A stretch of DNA of 64,000 bases from Octopus bimaculoides (Eukaryota). Shown one piece after another: positions 1-12,189 of the stretch. The stretch covers positions 113,075,321 to 113,139,320 of the forward strand of contig NC_068982.1 of NCBI RefSeq assembly GCF_001194135.2, read 5' to 3'. Each line of letters opens with the position of its first letter. The first letter of the stretch is position 1. Position numbers and translations under genes: made by a program. Under the pieces are notes generated by a model. That model ran no database searches. It was not told the origin of the DNA and saw nothing but the letters and a program-made list of their open reading frames with translations.

Positions 1-328
1 ATGGTGTATCAACTCATGATTTTCTTGGAACTTTCTATAATTATTTTATCATTAGCATCAATAGCTAACTTTTAAGACACTGCATTAGATCAGGCCACCA
101 ACATAAACCATTCATACTGAAAGAAAATAGGGAAACCTATATAGATAGCTTCTATCATATATAACAATCTTTTTGATGGCAGCAATAAAAGTACGTCAAA
201 CACACAACTAAACTTCTTGTAACTGATTTTAACGATGAACTAAAGCGGACCTAATTTAGAATGAAAATGCTGTATAAAGTAACAACCACTTGAGAAAATA
301 GCTGAACCAGGGAGCTGGAGAAAACTTA

Positions 329-367
<39 letters not shown>

Positions 368-499
368 CACACACACATACACATACACAAACATGCATAC
401 AAATATTACGTACATACATACATACATACATACATACATACTTACATAATACAAACTTACATGCATACATACATACATTCATACATATATACATACGTA

Positions 500-960
500 A
501 ATACACACATAGGTTGTCACAAAAACAATATACAATGCCAACCGGAAAAAAAGGCTCTCCTGGAATATAGAGAGCCTCCCTGTCAATGAATACGAACACA
601 AATATCAGCAGGAAGACTGGTGGAATAAAACACCTGTCAAGTGTAAGCATAATAGGCCAGATATTGTTGTTTAGGACAGACAAGAAAATATATAGAAGTC
701 AGCAGCCCCGTTGATGTGAATATCTCTTAGAAAATCAAAGAGAAAGAAGGTAAATATGGACAACTACTTCGAAACGTCCAGCTTCTATATCCGAATTACA
801 AATTTACATATGTTCCAGTAATGATCGATGACTTGGTTTCGTAAGTAAGTGACTAACTCTTAGCCTCGGCAAGCTTAGATTTTCTGAAAAAGAAATCAAC
901 CAACTGATTTGCATATTACAAATACGCTCTGTAAGCAGAAGAGTAAAACTGTACAAGTCC
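500..960 (+). mobile_element. Decayed 3' fragment of an RLE-type non-LTR retrotransposon (R4/CRE-like)
   Basis: Manual translation gives ..WWNKTPVKCKHNRPDIVV.. (RLE PD motif), KIKEKEGKYGQLLRNVQLLYPNYKFTYVPV and a C-terminus ..SVSRRVKLYKSFLKFKM*. The same terminal motif occurs at ~12190, ~32330-32420 and ~50210-50365. Stops and frameshifts present. Confidence 0.65.
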
Positions 961-1462
961 TTTCTCAAGTTTAAAATGTGACATTGTTTTATGCATACAT
1001 ACATACGTACATACAAGCATACATGCATGTATGTATGCATACATATATACATACATACATACATACATACATATAAAATACTGAGACCACGCAATGGAGA
1101 TTCAAGCAGCAAGCCTGTAAAGCATGGGCACGTAACTTCAAAAGTAAAATTTCAATCTTGTCAGAATGTATCTCACAGAACGTTTGGTTTGTTGTATGTC
1201 TCCACTATCCTGTTTTTGTTACCAGCTTTTACCCTCCGGAAATCTCAAATTTTCTTTTGGTTCGCGGGAGCAACTGCCTTTCGAAGCCTCATATTGTCGT
1301 TCAATGCTCGAAATGAGGAGTAGATGGACAACCGACAACTGATGAAGTGTCGTGCTTTATGTTACTTGTCTTGTTTTCCATTTGCTTCTCTCGGTATTTG
1401 CGTACCCAAGTTTGTATTCGTATTTCATGTTGTTTACGTTTTATGACGTCCTGTACCTATAT

Positions 1463-1466
1463 ATGC

Positions 1467-1546
<80 letters not shown>

Positions 1547-1547
1547 G

Positions 1548-1578
<31 letters not shown>

Positions 1579-1580
1579 GT
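1463..1580. repeat. (TA)n microsatellite within a compound TA/TATG/TG tract (~990-1780)
   Basis: Direct inspection; explains the YIYIYI/VCMYVC ORFs. Confidence 0.95.
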
Positions 1581-2844
1581 ATGAATGTACATATATGTAT
1601 GTATATATGCATATATTTTTGGTAATTTATATTATTATATGATTGAACGCCAAGCATCCATTTCAAGCAGGTTTATCTTATATATGTGTGTGTGTGTGTG
1701 TGCGTATGTTTGTGTGTGTGTGTATGTATGTATGTATGTATGTATGTATGTATGTATGTATGTATGTATGTATACAGTATTTGTTTATTCATTTCATTGC
1801 AATACTCGATATTCTAAGTCAACAACCAATCATACGGTGAAGGATTATTCACTGTACTTTGAATACTTTGTGTTGTCTCAGGAATATTTACTTGATAATA
1901 AAATTGCGTACGTGAATAACCTAGAACTATATAATAGAGATGTTATGTGGCGATGTTATTACAGTGATTTCATTATGGATTGAAGTAAACAAGTTACAAT
2001 ATATAAAGTGGCCTCCCGTATACTTCAGCATTCATAAAACGATTCGTTATAAGTATTTTACACAGCAACCTACCAGCTTCATGAAGTATAAGCTTTTCTT
2101 TTCCCAATTACTGCTATTATAAATTTTCCATCAGATTTAGAGTTATAGAGTGCGCATTCCAAATATATTTTACATAATGGATCAGTTTTTGATTCAGCGA
2201 CTAATTGTTTAGAAACCAGATTTATGCCTTATTATTTTGTGTTGTCCTAGTTCAGACAGGAGCGTGCAGACCAATTGGGAAAGTTGTTCTATGTAGTGAA
2301 ACAACGGCGAAGAGATTAACCTAACGTGAAATCTAATTCAGTAGACGTTTTACCATAACCATTACGTCTGTTTATTCATACATGAAATATCTAGATCTAC
2401 AATATCGAATGTCTTATTATGTATATGTTTTAAGACAACTGGGAATATTTGAAAGGGACAGTTTTTTTTTTGTTTTTTTTCCATGACAGATCAAGTGGCG
2501 GAATCAGACTTCTCACAAAATTCTTTGAGTAGTTGAACTGAAATAGTTTAAGTGCTGAATCCAAATCCTGTCAGAGTCAACTCCCAAAATTTATTTAAAA
2601 ATTTAGTTGAGGTCCAGATCGATTACACCTATGATCCAAGACCGATTTTATATTCCAAGATTAAGTTGCTGCTATTTCTAGCTAGTTTCACATCAGGCTA
2701 CCTCACTGGTTCAGCGATACAAGTTGCATTTCCCTCACACCTCCCACAAATATTTTGGTATTACATGTTGGTTAAACATTATCATATTAAATAATCAATA
2801 TTAGTCATAGAAAGTTAAGACTTATAACGTTAAGAAGAAGGGTT

Positions 2845-3040
2845 CCAAGACAGGAGGAAGAACAAACAGCATATTCGATCCTAGAAATTGTTCAGTGCTT
2901 ATTATATCAAACTAGTACTTCTGTTATCGACCCGTAAAGGATGAAAAAAAATTGACCTTGGCGGAATTTGAACTGAAAAAACAAAATACCCTTAAGCATT
3001 TTCTCCGGGGTGCAAACCATTCTGCCAGCTCGCCACCATA
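2845..3040 (-). mobile_element. tRNA-derived SINE (family A), decayed
   Basis: Contains ..atcgacccgtaaaggatgaaa..ttgaccttggcggaatttgaact..ttctgccagctcgcc, the reverse complement of a head with A-box (TGGCAGAAT) and B-box (GTTCAAATTCC). Confidence 0.75.
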
Positions 3041-3347
3041 TTTCTATTATTAATTGTCATACTGATTACTATTGAAGAAAGATGATCAGAGTCATATAAT
3101 CGATAATAACGATGTCGATGATGATCGTATTAATGGCGATGATGACGATGTAATTGACGTTGGTGATGATGATGGTGATTATAAAGATTCATGATTTCAT
3201 ACACCAGAATACTTACTTCCGCTGCACTTATTTGTCCAACATATAAAGTATTTGGGGATAATTCGCCAGAAGAAATTGTATCTGATATTTACCTGCATTT
3301 AATGTGATATTTATGTAATGATATATATATATATATATATATATATA

Positions 3348-4208
3348 ACATAATATGGTAAAAATTCGATATTAATTAATATCAATTTAATACCAGGAGA
3401 CTAGCACATTAAAAGAGTCAGAAGGCTCTTGAAAAAATTTTTTTCGAGATCCTAAAAAGATTATAGTACTTGTGTATATAAGATTGACCAGTGACCGGTC
3501 TNNNNNNNNNNNNNNNNNNNNNNNNNNNNNNNNNNNNNNNNNNNNNNNNNNNNNNNNNNNNNNNNNNNNNNNNNNNNNNNNNNNNNNNNNNNNNNNNNNN
3601 NNNNNNNNNNNNNNNNNNNNNNNNNNNNNNNNNNNNNNNNNNNNNNNNNNNNNNNNNNNNNNNNNNNNNNNNNNNNNNNNNNNNNNNNNNNNNNNNNNNN
3701 NNNNNNNNNNNNNNNNTTTTTCAAGAGCCTTCTGATTCTTTTAATGTGCTAGTTTCCTGGTATTAAATTGATATTAATTAATATCGAATTTTTACCATAT
3801 TATGTTAATTAACCATAATCACATTTCTCAAAGTTGGTAAATTCAAAGCAGAAATTATTTTCTGCAGAGATATTTTCCGGGTTCAGCGCGCCAAAACTAA
3901 GACTTTTGCATTTTAATCTTTATAATGGATAGAATCACGTGCACGCTTTCACTAGTTGAAGGCAACTAGCACGAGATTCTGTTCGATTGTAAAAATATCG
4001 GCAATCTGTACTGAAGATAAATAGACATTTTTATTTTGAAAATGTTGATTTTGAAACTATAGTCTGCAGATAATCGAGGTATGTACAATTTTCACGGGTC
4101 TAGCCCGCCTGTTTTTGCTCCGCTGAATCCGTATTTAAGAATTTTTTTTTAAGTGAGCTTCTTCTAGCATTTTGACCGACCGGTCATTGGTCAATCTTAT
4201 ATACACAA

Positions 4209-4211
<3 letters not shown>
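3348..4211. mobile_element. Penelope-like non-autonomous element with inverted terminal copy, between (TA)n tracts and spanning an N-gap
   Basis: 3717-3808 is the reverse complement of ~3348-3440, and ~4175-4211 is the reverse complement of ~3465-3500. Both outer edges abut (TA)n. Contains a hammerhead motif typical of PLE pseudo-LTRs. Confidence 0.6.
4004..4071 (+). ncRNA. Minimal type I hammerhead ribozyme
   Basis: ATCTGTA-CTGAAGA-[stem II 4018-4052]-GAAAC-TATA-GTC-TGCAGAT. Features: 7-bp stem I (one GU), intact CUGAnGA and GAAA core, GUC cleavage triplet at 4062-4064, palindromic stem III ACTATAGT. Confidence 0.85.
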
Positions 4212-4239
<28 letters not shown>

Positions 4240-4633
4240 AATTTAGGTATTTACTTTATTAATCTCTTTTATTTCGGTTGACAAGATATTTACTGATAAT
4301 ACGTGTGTGATGAGACGACAGAAGATGACACCAAAAAGAAAATGTATTTTAAAAATATTCATACACACAACGCGCACACACACACACATACAACATATAC
4401 TAATTCAAAGTAACTATACTTTGATCAGTATTAACTATGGTCATCTGCAATAAACACCCTTTTAGTATTCATATGTTTCTTTGAGTATAGAATGCTCTCA
4501 CAAAACTATATTACAAATCAAGAATCTTATTCACCACGCCGCTATCTCTGGTATGATGCTGACGTTGAACATAATAGAGTAATTTATTTTCTGGTTATGT
4601 ATAATATATTATTTATTGGACCTATAAAATGAT

Positions 4634-4656
4634 CTATATCAAGAATATAGACTCTT
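4634..4656 (-). CDS. Candidate terminal exon of an unidentified minus-strand gene
   Basis: Acceptor cattcctttcttgcag|AA; phase-1 reading (Q)ESIFLI*; AATAAA shortly downstream (4612-4617). Very speculative. Confidence 0.15.
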
Positions 4657-5150
4657 CTGCAAGAAAGGAATGTACAAGTATATATTTTAAGCAAGTAATA
4701 ATAAAGTTTCTCTTTATATCTCTTAATGCTCCACCCAGCTTTAGTCGAAAAATGCGTTCGTATTATTTTATTCTTCTTTTATTATTCTCGTGAGATTTAC
4801 TTCTGTCGTACTTTTTCTGTCACATATATTTTCAGATCACAGAAACGCTACTAGCATTATAGATTCTTTCGTTATAATCTAAAAGAATGAAAAAAATGTT
4901 GTTTATGAGTATGTGCTTCTTTCTAATATGTTATTTATTTATTTTTTTATGTTTAGATATTTCGGTTCTATACTTTGAATACAAAAGCTATACATTTTTC
5001 CGTTTTGATATTTTCCATACTTTGTCTATAATTTGACTGTTTTACTTTTCATTTTTCTTTTTTTTTTTTTGGTGCATATGGCTTTGTTTTTCTTCGCAAC
5101 TGAAACATACGTGTGTCTACTTTTACAATACATCGTTTGAAGTGACATAC

Positions 5151-5204
5151 GTTCATTTTTGAATAACTTCTTAATTATATTTTCTTCCTCAATATAAAAC
5201 GTTC
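5151..5204 (-). CDS. Candidate 54-bp internal exon, (G)TFYIEEENIIKKLFKNE
   Basis: Acceptor tcacttctgtatcaaacag|GA and donor AAC|GTATGT. Only one frame is open; it is phase-compatible with the 6617-6663 exon. Confidence 0.3.
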
Positions 5205-6429
5205 CTGTTTGATACAGAAGTGATATGATAGATAATTTTAAGCAACTCTTGTTTATACAATTGCAACTAGTGGTATTAGTGTCAATTGGTATATTATATT
5301 GGGTATGAGATGGCATAGTCTATTATAGATAGTCATTTTGATAATAAGGATACTGGAATAGATTAGCATAATCGATAGAACGTCAGAAAAAATGTCTTGC
5401 ACAGTGTACAAATCCTGCTGGACTCAAATTTGCTTTTCTTTCATACAGTTCAATAACATAGTGCATTATTTATGTACAGGGATTGAAGTAATCGACTGTT
5501 CCAAAGAGTGTGGCGGAGTGCCTATATCAGAAATCCATATGAATTTAATTTTTAAAAAATGACGTCTATGACAATCGACTAGTGCTCTGCTTTTCTACGG
5601 TCTTGATATTATGCCAATGGAATGATTTATTTTTATGCTACTAGAGTTCAATCTGCTGATAAAAATAGTTTAGTATGCAATATTTCTGCATAAAACACAT
5701 GAGGACCGAAGAAACAATGTATATTTCAAATTCACGGAACGATGTTTTAATTTAAGATATCTGGTTTCAATATTAGTCAATAAAATATGTGAAATTATCA
5801 TATATCCTTAATGCATGCTTCTCATGAGTTACATCGTTAAAGTAAAATTAAAGCAGGATTTGAAAGGTAAAACACAGTTAAAGATTAAAATTAAAATTAA
5901 ATCTGAAAAGCAGTAATAATAGCCATTAGAAAGTTGTTGAATTATTAACACCGTCTATTTTGTGCTCATTTGCCAAGATAGTAGAATTAGTATTTGATGC
6001 AAATATTTGAATAATTGTTTGGCTTCTTGCCCATTTCGAATGTACATCAGACTTCCACTTGAAAACTGATAAAGAAATGCTGCAAGAAGAAAAGAGTAAA
6101 ATAAGAAATAATGTTGTTTTTACAACATGTCATGACTTTTAAAGATATTAGAAAAATAAAATTTATCAAGGATACTATTTTGGCAAGTATTTCGGAGAAC
6201 TGAGAAAACAAAAAGTATCGGGAAAGTTACAGATTGATAGATAGCGATGGTGTGTATTCTTCAGATATTCCTAACGTAAACGGAAGCACACACACACACA
6301 CGCACACACACACACTCACACACACTCACACACACTCATGTATGCATAACTATATACTACGCACAGAAATTCGAATGTACGTACATGAATACAGCTGTAT
6401 AAGTGTATGTGTGTGTGTGTGTGTGTGTA

Positions 6430-6480
<51 letters not shown>

Positions 6481-6616
6481 CTTTAAAGATACTCATTACA
6501 TGTAACAGTCATTATAAGAGGATGTGACCCGTAAGATTAAATCCGGTGATTCGTTAGATCTCAATTTCGAGCATTGCACTTGTATGCTTTAGTTCAGGCT
6601 ACAAAATAATACTTAC

Positions 6617-6663
6617 CTCTCTTTGCGGTGTGTGGTTGGTGCATGGTTATTATAAGTCTTGTC
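6617..6663 (-). CDS. Candidate 47-bp internal exon, TRLIITMHQPHTAKR(G)
   Basis: Strong acceptor ttattttccacag| and perfect donor GAG|GTAAGT; open frame. Confidence 0.4.
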
Positions 6664-8033
6664 CTGTGGAAAATAACATGTTATGCGAAACATAACGTCA
6701 TAATAATTAATATTTTCTGTTAGCTTTAATCATCTGACATTAACATGCTATGTCCACCGTCTTTGGAAGAGTAGGTTTAAGTGACACTGAATTATAAACT
6801 AATGGAATAATAAGTCTGAAGATAACTTGCTTCTTTAGGATTTTCTTTTGATGTAAAGGAAATAATAATGAGCTCCTGGTGTTGACATGCTTTTGATATA
6901 TATAAAAAGAAAATAAAGTGTTAGGTTTGGGATTCAGAATATACGCATTCGGCACTCAGCAACTGAACAAAATTATTTTCAAGTCTGGAGACTATATAAT
7001 ACGATTGCTTTTATTCAATGATTGGTAGCTTCTGTTGTACTTAATAGAATGACGTTCCGCAAAGAAATAATGCTTTGATAACGAAAAATAATCAAGTGTC
7101 TCAGCTTATCAAGCTACCGACTAAATTGTCGACTATAAGAGGGACGCTATTTTATAGCTAGAGAAACAAGACTTTAATACCTTCAATCTTTCAATTATCT
7201 TAATCTGTGACAACTGAGACTATGTTCAGATATAACAAAATAAAGCCTTCGTTGGTGCGTTTTGAAAAAGGAAAATTGATAAAGCATTTAATCCGGTTAC
7301 TACAAAGTGGTTGATGTTTGTGTATGTCAGAGTTATTAAAATAACAAGAATAATTTGTACATTAATCAGGATCTACAATCATTCTCAGAACGAAAGCATT
7401 ATATATGAACTATCAGAAAATTATATAAAGGTAGCTGTCTCTATAAATCAATATAGCGAGTGTTCATTACAATGCACGACACGTTGGAATATTACGTTTG
7501 CACTTTTATACACATGAAAACATATAATTCTATATTTACAAAATTTCATTCAATTTATATTGGATTTTCTCCCTTGTCTTCTTATTGTCAGGCTTAATCA
7601 GACTTAGCGGGTGTTATTGTGTACTAGTTGCTCTGATAATCGCGCATACACGGAATGTTTAAGCTATATTAAATACATGGGACCCTACTGTGCGTGGACA
7701 GTTGTAATTTCGTATGTGTCAGTGTACATGTATATATACCTCCATACACACACACACACGCATAAATATACATGTATGTAGATTGATAGGTAGGTAGGTA
7801 GGCAGGTATATATGCATAAACGAATGAATGTGTATATCAATGTATATGTTTATGTGTGTTTTCGCGAGCGTGTAATAATTGCACGATATTTCGCTTTATC
7901 TATTTTTTTCTTAAGTTTATACTACGAAAATCTCAATAACAATGCTAGGATAATGCTGTTCTTTCTACTGTCAACATTATATGTGGTTCAGATAAAAGGA
8001 GAAACCACTATTTTATTTCTACTGATAATATAC

Positions 8034-8060
8034 GTGCTGAAGATTAACTGGAGATTGTAC
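8034..8060 (-). CDS. Candidate 27-bp micro-exon, YNLQLIFS(T)
   Basis: Good acceptor ccttatttcctttag|, weak donor CAC|GTATAT; phase 2-2 fits the neighbouring candidates. Confidence 0.15.
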
Positions 8061-8727
8061 CTAAAGGAAATAAGGTATTTTGTTGCTTGTGTTAGATCTG
8101 ATTTTGTTTCGTTTTTGTTGTTGTTTTTTTTTTTCTTAATTCTAATATTCAGAAAACCGATAGCGTTAAAGCGGTGGCCATAATACTTCCAGCGACTTAT
8201 CCGATACGGACTGGATTGCGTGGCACCAAAAGCATATAACAGAATCCCTCTGGGGAATTATACAGCAACTTGAAAAACCAAGCCTATCTTCTATTAAATG
8301 CAGTAAGAGACATTAATACGTATGAATAGGGAAATTATATGAAACACATCTAACACGTTTTTGTAGATCCAATGACAATCTATTGAATATTTCGTTATTT
8401 CCAGCTTGGGAAAGAGTATTGTACGCCTGCCGTTTGTTTTTATAAAGACTCGTGTGTTGATATCTTTTATTAATGCACGGCCACATACACACACACACAC
8501 GCACAGAGACATATACACACACATACAGACACACACACGCACGCACACATACACACACACGCACACAAGCACACATGTACACACACACACACACATATTC
8601 ATATGTGTGTGTGAGCGTGGGATATTTGAGTGTTTCTCACAATATTATCAGGAAAGCATTTACAAGCGAGGTATTTACAGCGAGTGCGAAATAAACTAGG
8701 TTTACTTCTCTACAAGCCAATATTATA

Positions 8728-10163
8728 TATACTGTCCATGCAGAGGCTTCTCGTTCCACCGCTCCTCATTTGGTTTACGTCCGTTCTTCTTTGCAGTCTG
8801 TTTGATCCGTTTTGCTTTTCTAATGACAGTGGTTTCAGGTTCTTCATCTAATTCAAGGTTAATGCTAAGTTCTGTTGCGATTTTGCAAGCTTCCTTGACA
8901 ATAGAATGTGATGTTTTGCAGCTATCCTGTTTGCACACAAGCCAAAGCATCCAGTCCTCTGTACTAGATAAATACTTGTTTATTGCTATTGTACAGGTCT
9001 TATAGCACAGTTCTACCGGCACCATTCCTCTTACCCCATTACTTCTAGGTAGGTACAGACGATCAACGTCTGCTTTTGGGAAGTGCATGTTCTTAGTTGT
9101 TAGTAATTTTCTTGTCTTCCTGTCCAGGCATTGTAGTTCTGTAAGATTCCAGTTACTTATTATTATTATTTTATGTTTGACTATTGTTTTGCATTTGTGC
9201 AAGTTGGATCCAAGTCTCACCCAGAGACCTCAANNNNNNNNNNTCTTCTTTGCAGTCTGTTTGATCCGTTTTGCTTTTCTAATGACAGTGGTTTCAGGTT
9301 CTTCATCTAATTCAAGGTTAATGCTAAGTTCTGTTGCGATTTTGCAAGCTTCCTTGACAATAGAATGTGATGTTTTGCAGCTATCCTGTTTGCACACAAG
9401 CCAAAGCATCCAGTCCTCTGTACTAGATAAATACTTGTTTATTGCTATTGTACAGGTCTTATAGCACAGTTCTACCGGCACCATTCCTCTTACCCCATTA
9501 CTTCTAGGTAGGTACAGACGATCAACGTCTGCTTTTGGGAAGTGCATGTTCTTAGTTGTTAGTAATTTNNNNNNNNNNNNNNNNNNNNNNNNNNNNNNNN
9601 NNNNNNNNNNNNNNNNNNNNNNNNNNNNNNNNNNNNNNNNNNNNNNNNNNNNNNNNNNNNNNNNNNNNNNNNNNNNNNNNNNNNNNNNNNNNNNNNNNNN
9701 NNNNNNNNNNNNNNNNNNNNNNNNNNNNNNNNNNNNNNNNNNNNNNNNNNNNNNNNNNNNNNNNNNNNNNNNNNNNNNNNNNNNNNNNNNNNNNNNNNNN
9801 NNNNNNNNNNNNNNNNNNNNNNNNNNNNNNNNNNNNNNNNNNNNNNNNNNNNNNNNNNNNNNNNNNNNNNNNNNNNNNNNNNNNNNNNNNNNNNNNNNNN
9901 NNNNNNNNNNNNNNNNNNNNNNNNNNNNNNNNNNNNNNNNNNGTGCAGCTCTATCATGCCTGTTGAGATACTCTGTAGGCGCAAGCAGACTGCACATGGA
10001 GACAACATGATCGATGGTCTCATTTTGTTGTTGGCATATACGACATAATGGGGAGCTGCCGTTCTTTAATATGTTGGCCTGGTAGTTCTTTGTAGGTAGG
10101 CATTGATCTTGGGCTGCTATGATAAACCCCTCTGTTTCTGATTTCAAGCCAGAGGCCATTAAC

Positions 10164-10165
<2 letters not shown>
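8728..10165 (-). mobile_element. R4/Dong-like RLE non-LTR retrotransposon fragments in permuted order, with gaps
   Basis: WNLTELQCLDRKTRKLLTTKNMHFPKADVDRLYLPRSNG.RG ... W.EKPLHGQY (RT C-terminal region), WLMASGLKSETEGFIIAAQDQ..CRICQQQNETIDHVVSMC..YLNRHD (CCHC knuckle), and a 3' end followed by (TAA)n at 9157-9172. Confidence 0.85.

Positions 10166-10240
<75 letters not shown>
10165..10240. repeat. (ATT)n microsatellite
   Basis: Direct inspection. Confidence 0.95.
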
Positions 10241-10243
<3 letters not shown>

Positions 10244-10679
10244 TAATTATCATAATCGTCCTCAAATGTGTGTTTGGGAGTTATAGGAAATAACGAGAGA
10301 GTCAAATATTCGCTTAACATAATATGCTCATTGAACATGTTTAATGTACCATCTATAAGACACACATGCACTTACACACGCATAGAAGCTAGCATAAACA
10401 CGTACAAATACACACATGCTCACACGCACACACACACACACACGCACACACACACACACACACGCATACAAATACACACAAACACACACACGAATACACA
10501 AGCATACACATACATGTGTATACACAAATACTCATCTTCGTACGAATGTACGCATATATCAAGAGTATAAATACATTGCTTTGTACAGAGATGCATCGTC
10601 ATGCATACATTGCATGCATAGCAATACAGAGGTATGTATCGCTATGTGTGTGTGTAGGTGTGTGTGTGTGTGTGTGTGT

Positions 10680-10723
<44 letters not shown>

Positions 10724-11856
10724 ATTCCTTCATATACGTATATGATTGTATGCATATATAGCCTGTAGGTTATATTTGCATATATACAATTGCATATGCT
10801 GTGAAACGTACTCACCACCTTATAGATATCGCTCGTTCAACAACCTTTCATAGTTCGCTCTGTTTCAAATGTAATACTTCTAGCAAGGAACTGTCTCCAC
10901 AATTGACTGCAATAATGTCGCCAACAGCATATTGGGTATCACGCATTACAAAATGTGCACTCAAATAAACATTATCATAGAAATATTTAATTAGATGTAA
11001 TATTAAATTAAATACGATATGTCCTACGAAATAGAAGACTAGAGTTTTAAATCCTCGTAACAATTTCTCATTAATATTACAGAACAATGTTTTGCTCGAC
11101 ATGAAATCGATAAAAGTAGAATCATTAAGAATGTAAACGATATTTTCATTGAACATACAGAGATAAAATCACCCGACTTATCAATTGCTGTTACACTTTA
11201 TGTTCCATTGCTTAGCGTAATTCTATCAACATCGAATAATTTTCTTTTGAGTTGTTGCATAATCAACTTTATTTTATTAATGTTACCTCTACTACCACGA
11301 TAATCCACGTCCTCGCCGTACATTCAGAAGAAGAAAAAAGTTGAGCAGAAGCATAAAAAATATATTAACGCCAAAACAATGTGTTTCTATCACCCTTGAC
11401 TCATAATATGTTTCGTTTTCCCCCAAAAGATTGTTTTTTTTAGGGGGGGGTGAGGTTTTGGGGGCTTTTCTTTGTTTCTTATTCCTCTTTCAGCATTTTT
11501 ACTCGTCTAGCTACTGCTATGAAACCTCAGACAATGACAAATAGGAATATTAACAAAGCGTTGCGAGAATCTCCATATATATATATATGGTACGAGGCCG
11601 CTCTGAAAGGGGTCTCAAGGCGTAGCGTCCCTGCTTTCCTGAGCTAGTTTCCACCACATTTCTTAAAAATTGTGGTAGAGGCCTTGGTCTCGGTACCATG
11701 CATGTCTAGAAACTGAGGCTTGGGGTAAGCAAGGGCATGCTCCCCGTAGAAAATCCAGCCCCAAGAAAGCCTCATGATACCAAAGAAGAATGGGCACCAG
11801 CCAGGACAAAACCCGAATTTAAAACGCTGGATGATGATATATACACATGCGCGCAT

Positions 11857-11902
<46 letters not shown>

Positions 11903-12189
11903 GTACATACATACATATATATATATATATAATATATATATTTGTGTGTGTGTTTGTGCGTGTGTGTACATATATACACATATATAATATATATATGCTG
12001 TTCTTTGAGATTATTTATGTTTTTAAGAGAGATCAAGCCAGTCGCTGACTAAGCGACAAGACATTTTGAGTTTAGAGAGTTCCTGTGTTTGTAACTATGA
12101 GGTTGAATTCGCCTGTTAGTTGAGCTGTCCACATTCACGTGTGTTTTATGACGCTACTAGATTGGAATTGGCGAATCCAAATCAGTTTC

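Noticed and set aside
240-2000. ORFs rich in YIYI, VCMY, HTHT or ERER here and throughout the window
   Set aside because: Translations of (TA)n, (TATG)n, (CA)n and (GA)n microsatellites; no coding evidence.
9244-9568. Apparent tandem duplication of 8785-9109
   Set aside because: Apparently identical sequence sitting between two N-gaps; most likely an assembly artefact.
10848-11156. 102-aa minus-strand ORF with a nearby donor-like GTG|GTGAGT
   Set aside because: All frames are closed before the donor unless a poor acceptor is used; no recognisable domain.
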